Of a DNA stretch of 64,000 nt, positions 19,054 through 30,888 are shown one piece after another. This DNA comes from the human T2T-CHM13v2.0 reference genome, Homo sapiens: assembly GCF_009914755.1 (NCBI RefSeq), contig NC_060933.1. One strand, given 5' to 3'. A program made the translations under genes and the position numbers. Numbering within the stretch: position 1 is the first letter of the stretch; each line of letters opens with the position of its first letter. The notes under the pieces were generated by a model. It saw only the letters and a program-made list of their open reading frames with translations, searched no databases and was not told the DNA's origin.

Positions 19054-19554
19054 CTATAAATGAAGTAACTGAAGCTCACACAAAGCAGATGTAGGCAATT
19101 GAGGCAGATGTTGGTGCTGGAGGCCACTCATTCACAGCTGCATGGTCATGGAGTGGAGTGGGGGCTGCTCTATATGGAGTGGACTGAGTTGCAGCCCCCA
19201 ACCTTCGCTTCCTCCAGTACTAGATGACCGATTGTAGGCACGCCAATTACATGCTCAGGGCAGTAGCAATGCAGGGCCACCCGCCAACATCATTTTGTCT
19301 GGAAAACATTTGATACCTGATGCTTTCCTAAAAACATTAAAGTAATCCTCACAGGAAATATCAGAACTTTACTGGACCTCTTTATACTTAGTTTATAGTT
19401 CAGTGCTTTTTAAAAAAAATGTTGAAATTCTCTGGGCAGGAATGGGGACCTGGTGGGCCTGTATAACCTTTTCAGAGTTTAGAGTATTTAGAGTTCTCTA
19501 GCCTGCCCTGACTTCCTCCTGGCTTCTCTTTGAGGCATGCATTAAGCAACTTAC

Positions 19555-19920
19555 TGTCTTAGTTTTTTTGGGCTGCTATAACAAAACGCTGTAGACTGAG
19601 TGGCTTACCAACAATGGAAATATATTCCTGACAGCTTGGGAAGCTGGAAGTTCAATATCAGGGTGTCATCATGGTTGGGTTCTGGTGAGGACCTTTTTCT
19701 GGGTTGCGGACTGCTGACATCTTGCTGTATCCTCATGGAGTGGAAGGTGCTAACTCCAGTCTCCTCAGCCCCTTCATAAGGGCACTAAGCCTATTTGTGA
19801 GGGCTTCACCCTCATTACCTAATCATCTGTCAAAGGCCCCACCTTCTAAATCCCCATCACATTGGAGTTTAGATTTCAACATGTGAATTTTGGGGGGACA
19901 CAATCATTCGGTCCATAGCA
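19555..19920 (-). mobile_element. MaLR solo LTR (MLT1A-like)
   Basis: TGTCTTAG...CCATAGCA termini. 5-bp TSD CTTAC/CTTGC. Confidence 0.88.
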
Positions 19921-20059
19921 CTTGCCATACCTTATTGACTCTCTAAGAAGCACACCTTTTTAACCTCTGAGATTGGAATATGTCTTACAATTGATAGTGC
20001 CTTAGGTCCAATGAAATGTTGGCACTGTTGATGTTCCCTAGAAGCTATTCTGTGTAAGG

Positions 20060-20372
20060 CTTTCTTTCTTTTTCTTTTTCTTTTCGTTTCTTTTTTGCTT
20101 ATTTATTTATTTATTTATTTATGAGACAGGGTTTCGCTCTGTCACCCAAGTTGGAGTGCAGTGGCCTAATCTCAGTTCACTGCAACCTCCGCCTCCTGGT
20201 TCAAGCGATTCTCCTGCCTCAGCCTCCAGAGTAGCTGGGATTACAGGCTTGGGCCACCAGTCCTGGCTGTTTTTTTTATTTTTAGTAGAGACGGAGTTTC
20301 ACCATGTTGATCAGGCTTGTCTTCAACTCCTGACCTCAAGTGATCCACCCACCTTGGTCTCCCAATGTGCTG
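20060..20372 (-). mobile_element. AluS lacking the first ~30 nt, followed by a short inverted Alu piece
   Basis: Alu consensus with complex T-rich tail. Sense-orientation Alu segment at 20369-20397. Confidence 0.9.
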
Positions 20373-21296
20373 AGGTGGTCAGATCGCTTGAGGCCAGACT
20401 TTCACCCATAGCTTTTTCAGAAGTCTAAAACTTTCTTATGACCCCTGTGTCTGGAATTAGGTTCACCATGGACAGTGTGCATCCCGGTTTAGGCATTCTG
20501 ACAAACTCATCCAGAAGGTATTTAGTTGGTTCTTTGTGGAGCTCCCATGATTTTGGTGTCCCCTGTTATTCAGTGCAGGGATGAATAGCTTCCTTTAGAT
20601 AACTTGACTTTTTCCTAGGCAATGATTAGTGTTCTGGACAGTGTCGTGCATAGAAAAGGCCTTAGACTCATACCGTGACCTCAAGGAGCACACATTCTAG
20701 TGACACAAATGTCAACAATTATAATGTAATGTGCTAAGTGCTGTCATAGAGGTAAATAGGAAGTCCTACAGAGGAAGGGAAAAATTAAGTCTGTCTGCAC
20801 TTGTTGGGTGTCACTTCACAGAGGAGGTGATGTCGCCTGGGTCTTGAAGAAGAAGAGATCACTGAATGGAAAAGGAAGGGAAGAACAGCATGTTAAAAAG
20901 CACTTCGATGTTGAAAAAATGGTTAAAAGCAAGAAAATTAAAAACAAAATAACAAACTAAAAAATAATAAAAAAGCAAAAAAGCACTTAGAGTATCCCTA
21001 CAATGGGTGAATGGCATGGTACATAAATACAGATCTGGAAACCAGCAGGATAGGCTGTGAAGCCATGGGATTTATTGTTATCAGTGAAACACTTGCCATC
21101 GCTTAGCATTAAAGGTAACTGATTTTCTTGGCAGCCTGGGCAAAAAGAAATGTGTGATGAGTTAGATAGCTTTTATTAACTGATTAAGGGAAGCATGGAG
21201 GTTTGTCGAAAGAGACAAATAATTTTCTTAGCAGTAAACTCTAAAGCGTTTCCAATGTGCATCTTGATATTGGAGTCACTGAACAATACAGTTTAG

Positions 21297-21627
<331 letters not shown>

Positions 21628-22053
21628 TCCATGTTTCTTTATACTAACTTGAGTAACAGTTAAGATAATAATTTTAATGATTTTTTTCCTGATAAGAGAA
21701 GTAATACATGTTCATTACAATACATATACTGGTCATAAAAAGAAGAAAAATTGCTGGTCCTGCCAGTATCTAATGTTTTTATATACATAGATGGGCTATA
21801 CGGCATGTACAATAATGGGATTATTTAACACATCTATTTAAACCTACATTTTTTTACTCAAAAATATATTGGGAACATTTTTCCATGTCATTAGTTATGC
21901 TTCTACAATAAGGCATTTATTGTGCCACTTAATGGATATACCGTAATTTAACAGTATCCTATTGTTGAACCTGTATTCAATTTCCTAATATTCTGTTCAA
22001 TATGTTGATGAACATTCTTGTTAACAAATCACTGGGCCTATTCGTGGTGTTTT

Positions 22054-22610
22054 CTGTATTAGAGCTCTTTAGGCTGTTAGTATCAGAAAACCAAGTCAAA
22101 TTATTTTAAACAAAAATGGAATTTACTGTGGTAATACCTGAAAAATTCAGGAATACATTGGCTTCAAACATGGCTGGATTCAAGTGCTCAAGCAAGCCAT
22201 CAAGTGCTATAGCTTTCTCTTTCTCTATCTCAGTTTTCCTCTCTTCTGCGTAGGCTTTATTCGCAGGCAGGCTCTCTCTCCACAAAGTGGTAAAGGTCAT
22301 CACTGGCAGCTGCAAGCTTATGTAGTCTTCATAACTCACGATTCTAGAGAAAAAACCTTTTTGTGACAGCTCCTGCAAAAGTCTCGGGGAAACACTGATT
22401 GGCCCAGCCTGGGTCACATGCCATCCTTGAACCAATCATTACAGCCAGGGCTGCAGTACTCTAATTAGCCAAGACTGAGTCCTTAGTGCAACTTGTGAGT
22501 GGGGTCAGCTGCCCTCAAATCACATAGATAAACAAGATTAGTATTGAATAAGAAAGGGATGAGTTCTCAAAGGGAGGGATGCTAGACAGGTTTAAAAAAT
22601 CCCCACAAAT
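22054..22610. mobile_element. Old MaLR LTR (MLT1J/K-like) within an L1M fragment
   Basis: Motifs GATTGGCCCAGCCTGGGTCACATGCCATCCTTGAACCAATCA and GGCTTCAAACATGGCTGGATTCAAG. Confidence 0.6.
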
Positions 22611-22630
22611 TTCCTGAAGATAAATTTCTG

Positions 22631-22755
22631 TATATATATAATATATAATTTTTTCTTTTATATATATAAAAATATATACATATATTTCTTTCTACATATA
22701 TTATATATAAATATATACATATATTTCTTTCTACATATATTATATATATATATAT
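22631..22755. repeat. AT-rich (TA)n-derived repeat containing a perfect 39-bp tandem duplication
   Basis: AAATATATACATATATTTCTTTCTACATATATTATATAT at 22670-22708 and 22709-22747. Confidence 0.9.
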
Positions 22756-23065
22756 TTTTTTCTTTTCTTTTTTTCTTAGATGGAGTTCTCGCTCTGTCCC
22801 CCAGGTAGGAGTGCAGTGGCATGATTATGATCTTGGCTCACTGCAACCTCTGCTCCCAGGTTCAAGCGATTCTCCTGCCTCAGCCTCCCAAGTAGCTGGG
22901 ATTACAGGCACCTGCCACCACACCTGGCTAATTTTCATATTTTTAGTAGAGACAGTGGTTTCACCATGTTGGTCAGGCTGGTCTGGAACTCTTGACCTCA
23001 AGTGATTCGCCCTCCTCAGCCTTCCAAAGTGCTGGGATTGCAGGCATGAGCCACTGCTCCTGGCC
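22755..23065 (-). mobile_element. AluS
   Basis: Full Alu consensus. Confidence 0.92.
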
Positions 23066-23301
23066 TATTTTTAAAATGCTTCTAATGCATATAGTTAAAT
23101 TTCTTCCTAGAAATGTGTAACAATTTTCACTTTCACTTGCAGTGTATGAGAAAGTTCTTTTTCTTAAGCCCTCATAACAACTGGGCAATACCATCCTATT
23201 TTTTAAATAGTTTTATTTGTATCAAAGTAATACTTCTATAAAAGAAACCAGTGAGAACCAGTGGTGTGCTGTAAACTAGGTCTCTGGGAAAGAAAAAAAG
23301 C

Positions 23302-23612
23302 AGCCTGGTGCAGTGGCTCACGCCTAGTATTCCCAGCAGTGTGGGAGGCCAAGGCAAGAGGATTGCTTGAGCCCAGGAGTTCAAGACCAGCCTGGGTAAT
23401 ATAGCAGGACCCTGTCTCTACAAACAAACAAAAAAATTAGCTGGGCATGGTAGCATGCACCTGTAGTCCCAGCTGCTTGGGAGGCTGAGGTGGAAGGATC
23501 ATTTGAGCTTGGGAGGTTGAGGCTGCAGTGAGTTATAATCATATCACTCTACTCCAGCCTGAGTGACAGAGTGAGACCCTGTCTCTAAATAAAGAAATAA
23601 ATAAAAGAAAAA
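23302..23612 (+). mobile_element. AluJ
   Basis: J-type GAGGATTGCTTGAGCCCAGGAGTTC and A-rich tail. Confidence 0.92.
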
Positions 23613-24477
23613 GCCCTGATTTGGAGTTTATTTCTGTGGTATAAATGTTCCCACCATAATAGAGGTGTTTAACAACAGTGTTTAAAAAGGAATGGCAGTC
23701 TCCTGCCCCATCTCTCTCTAACACTTTGTTCTTCTCCCCGGAGGGAACCACACTTAATTATTCTCTTTTCTATTTTATTTGCCTCCACATTTCTAAATCA
23801 TATGCTTATACTATTATATATTAATTTATCAATTTTAAACATTACCCATAGAAATAATAGAAACATATTTCCTGCTATGGTAGGATGAGCTCTTAGTTCT
23901 TATACTGTCTCCCCACTTCCCACCTTCATCAATCGCCAGATTTAACTGCTTTTGTTGTTGTTGTTGTTCAGTTGATAGCCAGTGTTTACTTATTATGACT
24001 TTGCAAATTTCCTTCACTGCTATGCCAAGAAGTACATATCTTATACAACCCTTAGCTTTTCTTTTACAATCCTTAGCTTTTCTTGGTGTAATTTCTCTAG
24101 CGTGTTTTTCTCATTTGTTTAATTTTCTCTGTATTTATTACTAGTTTTCCTGAAGTGTTCCAAAATATATGTGATGTACCTATCAACATTTGGATTTCTG
24201 CTTAAACACACCAGTGGTTCTTTTCTCCCATGCAAACTTCCTTCTCATAATCCTTGTCCTTCCTGTGCTAATCTGGAATGGTTGTTTTCCAGCCCTGCTG
24301 CAATGCACAGCTCTTGTCCTGCCGCTTCCCAGTTCCCTTCAATTCTCCTCTATTTTGCACTTCTGTTTTCTGAAACCCATCTTTTTTCCTTCTTGGTTTA
24401 CTCTCAATTTTTTACAGAAGCTCTTGCAGTTGTTTCCTAAGACAAGATACATGGAAGGTAAAATTTTGGAGATTTTT

Positions 24478-24672
24478 TTTCTTCTTCTTTTTTTTTTTTA
24501 AAAAGGGATCCATGTGCAGAACATGCAGGTGTGTTACATAGGTATACGTGTGCCATGGTGGTTTGCTGCACCTATTGACCCACCCTGTAAGTTCCCTCCC
24601 CTCACCCCCAATCCCCCAACAGGCCATGGTGTGTGTTGTTCCCCTCTCTGCGTCCATGTGTTCTTATTGTTC
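24478..24672 (-). mobile_element. Short 5'-truncated L1PA (PA8-like) 3' end
   Basis: CATGTGCAGAACATGCAGGTGTGTTACATAGGTATACGTGTGCCATGGTGG. TSD TGGAGATTTTT at 24467-24477 and 24673-24683. Confidence 0.9.
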
Positions 24673-25153
24673 TGGAGATTTTTAAAGTATGAAAGTATCT
24701 TTATTATGTCCTCCACTTGACCAATTGTTTGGCTGGCTATGAAATTTTAGGTGGAAAACAATTCCCTCAGAATTTTGAAGACATTGATCCATTGTCTTTT
24801 GACTCATTCTTACTCTTCAGATACTATTGAAATTGCCATTATGACAGTGGAGAAATGAGAATTCATTTTAATTTGCATTTAAAATGAACTGCATTGTCCA
24901 TGTATTGGCTGTCCTCTATGGGTAGCCTCTCTTTTAACCTTGCACCAACCTTGAAGAAAGCACTCAAAATTTCTTTATAAGTCCCCTCTGAACAGAGCCA
25001 TTTTATATACCATTAATGTTCAATCGAATTTATTTGATATTTTCTAGCGGAAACAGAGGTGGAGATTAGTATTGCCCAGAAGTTGGCATTCAATTTAATT
25101 CCTCATTAGACATTCTGACTCCCCTTTTTTTGAACTGGTTTGATGTTTTTTTC

Positions 25154-27089
25154 TTTTTTTTTGTTTTCCTTGCAAAAACCCTCAGCTCACCCGAGGGCCA
25201 ATGGAAATTTATTAATTTTTTTGTCCTTTTCCATCTTTCCCCAAGTGGCTTTTCCTTGCAAAATGCCTGACATGACACCAGAGGGGAACCTGGGAGCGGG
25301 GGGCACCCCAAGGGGCAGCCCAGGGACTTAAATACAAGCTGGAGGGCAGGGCACAGGTGGGACAGGCAAGAGACAGCACGAGGGACATGGCTTCTCAGGG
25401 AGACCAAAGACTTGCTTTCCTGCAGGAAGCAGCTGTACCAGAGGGCAGGGGACTAGGATCCTGGGTGCAGAGTGGGTGGGCAGAGAGGCCCCCAACCCTG
25501 GATGGAACCCACATTCCCCAGAGAAGTAGCGGCAGGGGATGAGGGCCTTCCCTGGTGGGCTCCAGAGACCGAGGGGAGAGTGAGCCAGGTGTGCTGCCTC
25601 GGGGAAAGGGAGGAGGTGTTAGCAGTGAGAGGGTTAAGGCTGGTGCCCAGCCTCTGGCACGGTGGGCCTTCCGCCTCCGCCTGACATGGGGACTAAGGGG
25701 CACGGTGGGCAGGCAGCGCGTGGGTCTGTCTCTGGCAGGGCAGAGGGCGGCAGGAGCAGACTTTCTCCAGGCTCAAGACACAGGCCCAGCGCCGCTACCC
25801 GCCCAGCCGCCCTCGATATACTCAGACCCCACCGCAGCTGGACGGCTGGAGCTGGGAGTGTGGGAGGGGAGAGGAGGCAGTGGGGAGAGGAAAGGGTGGG
25901 CTGCTGGGCCCCTGTGGCCTCCATGGCTGTCCTGAGGTCCAGCCCAGGGCCCTGGATCCCCTGGTCACACTCCTGGCCCTGGGCACTGACTGCAGCCAGG
26001 GCAGTAGAGGCCGGGGAGACCCTCAGCTCTTGGGCAGAAGGACAGCAGGAAGAAGGGGAAGGAGAGAAACCCAGTGCAGCACACATGGGGGTGGGAGGGA
26101 GACCGACAGAAGAGCCCTAGTTCCAAAGAAAGGTGTGTAGGGGGGGCATCTTGGAAAGTCACCTAGAGGCAGCAGCAGAGCAGGCCCCCGCCCTGCCTGG
26201 CCACAGGTCCTGAGTGTCCTCCCTTAGGGACCCTGACAGAATAGCGGCTCGGGGCAGCAGGCAGATGGGCCAGAGGGAGATGGGGAGCCCAGGACACCCC
26301 AAAGCCACAGACTCAAATGCCCCAGGAGAGGAAGAGGGAGGCACCTCCTGTCCCCTCCAGGGACATCATTTGGAGAAGGTGCCCCCTCCTGTCCCACTCC
26401 AGTGCCCCTCCTAGCAACAACCACCGCCAGCCGGCTTTACAGGGGTGCTGTCGATCTTGAGATTGGGCCGCTCGCCCCCGGAGGCTGCTCCGGGCCCCAT
26501 CTGCTTTTTGATCTCAGCAGCCATGGTCATGAACGCCTGCTCGACATTGGTGGCATTCTTGGCACTCGTCTCCAAGAAGGGGATGCCCAAAGAGTCTGCA
26601 AACTCCTTGGCTGTGGTGTTGTCCACCACCTTCTTGGTGGTGAGGTCGCTCTTGTTGCCCACCAGGAGCTTATTGACGTTCTCGCTGGCATGGCGGTCAA
26701 TCTCCTGCAGCCACTGCTTCACGTTGGCATAGGATTCCTGGTCAGTGACGTCATATACCACGAGGAAGCCATGAGCCCCCCGGTAGTAGCTGGAAGTGAT
26801 GGTCCAGAACCGTTCCTGGCCCGCCGTGTCCCAGATCTGAAGTTTGATAGTTTTGCCATCCAGCTCGATGGTTTGGATCTTGAAGTCCACCCCGATGGTG
26901 CTGATGTAGCTCTCTGTGTAAGGGTCATCAGCAAACCGCAGGAGCAGGCATGACTTGCCCACGCCTGAGTCGCCAATCAAAAGCAGCTTAAACAGGCAGT
27001 CATATCCGGGGTTCATGGCGGCGGCGGAAGCCCGCTCAGTCGCTCCCAGTCGGCTCTGCTCCGCCTCCCGTTCCAAGATGGTGGCCGCC
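25154..27089 (-). pseudogene. RAB1C: Full-length processed retrocopy of RAB1B mRNA (GC-rich 5'UTR, intronless CDS, ~1.25 kb 3'UTR, short poly(A))
   Basis: Intronless Rab1B ORF. AATAAA on the minus strand at 25208-25213. T-tract at 25154-25162. Flanking direct repeat GATGTTTTTT(T)C at 25142-25153 and 27090-27100. Minus-strand site TT/GAAAAAA resembles an L1 endonuclease target. Confidence 0.95.
26411..27016 (-). CDS. RAB1C: Intact 201-aa Rab1B-like small GTPase ORF (putative Rab-1C); translation unproven
   Basis: ATG at 27016 in GCCGCCGCCATG context, TAG at 26411. Motifs [24 protein letters not shown] and C-terminal GGGCC are all present. About 9 substitutions versus the RAB1B protein as I recall it. 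Confidence 0.6.
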   Translation of the reverse strand: MNPGYDCLFKLLLIGDSGVGKSCLLLRFADDPYTESYISTIGVDFKIQTIELDGKTIKLQIWDTAGQERFWTITSSYYRGAHGFLVVYDVTDQESYANVKQWLQEIDRHASENVNKLLVGNKSDLTTKKVVDNTTAKEFADSLGIPFLETSAKNATNVEQAFMTMAAEIKKQMGPGAASGGERPNLKIDSTPVKPAGGGCC

Positions 27090-27100
27090 GATGTTTTTTC

Positions 27101-27385
27101 AATTTTAGAAATTAAAGTAAAATTGCATTTAATAAAATTCACCCTTTTTAGTATACAGTTCTGTGAGTTTTGATAAACATACACGGTTGTGCAACCACCA
27201 CCACCACAGAGATACAGAATAGTTCCATCAGTCCCTAAAATTCCCCCTTGCTTCTTCCCCTAACCCCTACACTCTGGCAAGCAAGCACTAATCTGTTTTC
27301 TGTCCCTATTGTTTTGCCTTTGTTAAATAAATGGAATCATAGAGTATGTAGCTTTTGAGTCTGGCTTCTTTCACTTAGCATAAGC
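27101..27385 (-). mobile_element. L1M (L1MB/MC-like) 3' end abutting the retrocopy
   Basis: AAAATTCACCCTTTTTAGTATACAGTTCTGTGAGTTTTGATAAACAT...CTGGCTTCTTTCACTTAGCATAA. Confidence 0.8.
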
Positions 27386-27623
27386 ATAGACTAGAAAAGT
27401 TCCAGGGCCATCACTTAATCTCTCCAGGCCCAGGATTGCTCATCCGTAAGACAGGAGCTATATCATCTGTCCTTTCTGCCTTTCAGAATGATTGTGAGGG
27501 TAAAAGGACATGCTAGGTGGGAAGGTGCATTGAGAAGTGTAAAGTGTTACACAAGGACAAATGGTTGCGCGGATAGTGAGTGAAAAAAGTGTGCAAGAGA
27601 GAAAAGAGATCACTGAGTGTTAG

Positions 27624-28095
<472 letters not shown>

Positions 28096-28642
28096 TGGTT
28101 TATGGTTTTTAATGAAAGGACTTGCGTTATGGGTAGTCCATGTCTCTGTGGCCTGGAGAGCAGCCTGACAATGCCAGGGAGGTGGCTGCCCACCTGTCTG
28201 ATTATAAAACTCTGCCCACAGATTTTCAGGAACTGATCCCATTTTAGTAAATCTTTGCTGTATTAAACAACTTTTGTTTATGTATCATCCCAGAGAGGGG
28301 GGTCTTATCTTGGGACCATGGTGCAGAAAGTCGAGGATGTCTCCTGCTTGCAACCTCATGGGAGATATTTTCTAAATCCTTTACTCTTCAAAGTTGATAA
28401 GAAAAGGAGGCCTTTTCAACTGGTGGGCTTACTAAAAATTCTGCAAGTTCCCCACTTAGTAAGATCTTGGGTGCTCCCAGGGAAGAGCCATTATAAACTG
28501 TTATAATGTGTTCTAGCACCCCTACTTTGGTAAAGCACCTGCTTCAAATGTTGGCTTTACTTCCTCCTCAAAGTCTATCCTGATCTTCACAGTTCCAGCT
28601 CTCTCCTCTCAAAGTGACTTCCTGCTATGAAATCCCTGAGAG

Positions 28643-29180
28643 CAGAGGTTCCCCAACTTTCTTGTTTCGTGGTGCCCACAGTAATTTTTCGTAGCACCCC
28701 CAGGTAAAAATAAATGTGTAACAGTTCCATAGGTTAAGTAGTTAGATCCAAACAACTTAATAAGCATTGAAGTCCTAATAATTTAGTAGTTGTTTGAAAA
28801 AAGTGCACATACATTTTAAATATTATATTTTTATTTAATTTTAAAATAACCACGGTAAGTTACTAATGGGATGTGTGTGCCTCTTGGATGCTGTACAACT
28901 TCTCAAACCTTGGATCAGGTTGGACACATTTCCTGTTCCATGTTGGGTTTTGCACAAAAAAAGTGCTTGCTTTTTATCACAGCGACTAACAAAAACTCAG
29001 CTTTGCAAGGGTATGATGTCATAGGAATGCAACATGATCTGAGAACTGCCTGGAGCTAGTAGTTTGCACATGTCCAGTAGATTCTGGGTGTCGCCATGTT
29101 TCCCTTGAAAAATTAAATATCCCATTGTAACCCTGTGAATTTGCTGTGGCTCTGCAGGACACCTCAACCCATAGTTTGGC
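28643..29180. mobile_element. hAT-Charlie DNA transposon (Charlie4a-like)
   Basis: CAGAGGTTCCCCAACTTTCT start and TTAAGTAGTTAGATCCAAACAACTTAATAAG internal motif. Confidence 0.75.
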
Positions 29181-29475
29181 CCTAGAAGTTTTCTGTACCT
29201 CTGATGATAAAAAGCACATTCTACTTTCTATCACAGTTATTTGAAGACATACATTATGTCTCCTAGTAGAGCTTTTTGAAGGTCAGGACCATGTCTGATT
29301 CATCTCTGTATCCTTCGTAACACCTCTCAGTAAAAGTAACTAGCATTTTATGAGCACTTACTAAGGCCAGGATGTCCATACATCCATGGGCTGGATGACT
29401 CCAGTGTCTATGCACTTCCCAGGACACTATTCCACCTCACTTAGCACAGTGCCTTACCCATAAGCTGGGAGCTTA

Positions 29476-29621
29476 TGGGCTCAAGCCATCCTCCCGCCTC
29501 AGCCACCCAAGTAACTGGGACTGCAGGCATGCACCACCAGGCCTAGCTTGCTGTTGTATTTTTTGTAGAGACTGCGTTTTGCCATGTTACCCAGGCTGGT
29601 CCTGGACTCCTGAGCTCAAGT
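29476..29621 (-). mobile_element. Internal Alu fragment without tail or TSD, near-identical to 30703-30848
   Basis: 141/146 identity by hand alignment with the neighbouring AluJ. Confidence 0.9.
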
Positions 29622-30608
29622 AAAAAATAAAATTTTACTTGAATGAGTGAACAGAATTGCATATACTTAATCTGGGCCACACCTTGCAAAACAATTCACA
29701 GAACTCAGTCAGGCCAAGTAGATGCCTCTATACAGCCAGCATGAGTTTGGGGAATAGCACTGGGACTAAGCATAGCTCTGTCACTCACTTACCTCTGGCC
29801 TCAAGCAAATGGTTTAACTGCTGTGTGTTCCTGTTTTCCTCAGCTGTGAAATTGGATACCGATACCTCACTCAGGAGTATTATGAAGGTCAAATGAGATA
29901 TTGTCTGCATAAGGGCTCCAAAGGACATCAAGGTGGTGCGTGTTAAGGGATTATGGTTCAGTGTAGGTAACACAGATGCCATTAATGGCATACCCCTATT
30001 CTATGCCTGTTCCTGGTAGGGCTGAAGCAGGAGGGGGTGGCTGAACCGAGGACAGAGTTATGGGGGAAGAAGGGGTTAAATAAGTAGCTATTTCTGTTCC
30101 CCAAGTGACCATTCTCTGGGCACAGACTGAAATTCCCTCTGGAGCTGCACTAATGGACACATTAGTATCAGTTGACAAAGTACCATATGCTCTGAAATGT
30201 TCTCCCATTAAGCTTCATGGGAGGTGGCAGGAATTCATGGTCCATTGTAGGAAATCTGCCATGATTTTAGTCTTCAGTAAAGTATACTCCTAGGCTTCCT
30301 ACGCTCTGGAAGGTCGGGCTAGGCCTCCAACTACATAATGATGCACCAGACATTACTTATTTTAAGACAGGAAGGCTGTGAAGTAAGGTTATCTTTGTCT
30401 GTCAATAGTAGACTCATAAAATCATCCTTTATTTTTGAAAAAAAATTATGTTTTAACAATGAATTATTTTGTGAGTATTTGCTCTTTGGTTTCAGGTTAA
30501 TCAGCATGTGTACTGGTCATTAATCAGGATCCAGATTATGAAAATAACACATAATGTCTTCAGTGGCATCAATAAGTACATGGTTTTTCATAAGTCACCA
30601 TGTTATTT

Positions 30609-30888
30609 ATTTATTTATTTAGAGACAGGGTCTCGCTCTATTACCCAGGTTGGAGTGCAATGGAGCGCAGTAAAATCTGGGCTCACTGCAGCCTTGACCT
30701 CCTGGGCTCAAGCCATCCTCCCGCCTCAGCTACCTGAGTAACTGGGACTGCAGGCATGCACCACCAGGCCTAGCTTGCTTTTGTATTTTTTGTAGAGACT
30801 GCATTTTGCCATGTTACCCAGGCTGGTCCTGGACTCCTGAGCTCAAGTGATCTGCCCACCGCAGCCTCCCAAAGTGCTGGGATTACAG
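30609..30888 (-). mobile_element. AluJ (slightly 5'-truncated)
   Basis: TSD ACCATGTTATTT at 30597-30608 and 30889-30900. Confidence 0.92.

Noticed and set aside
25395-26424. Many overlapping 60-150 aa ORFs
   Set aside because: They lie in the GC-rich copied 3'UTR, where stop codons are scarce.
26402-26953. 183-aa plus-strand ORF over RAB1C
   Set aside because: Antisense shadow frame of a GC-rich coding sequence, with no independent support.
27017-27184. 56-aa N-terminal extension of the Rab ORF (257-aa call)
   Set aside because: It starts at GTG inside L1M sequence, has no in-frame ATG before 27016, and merely reads through the TSD and 5'UTR.
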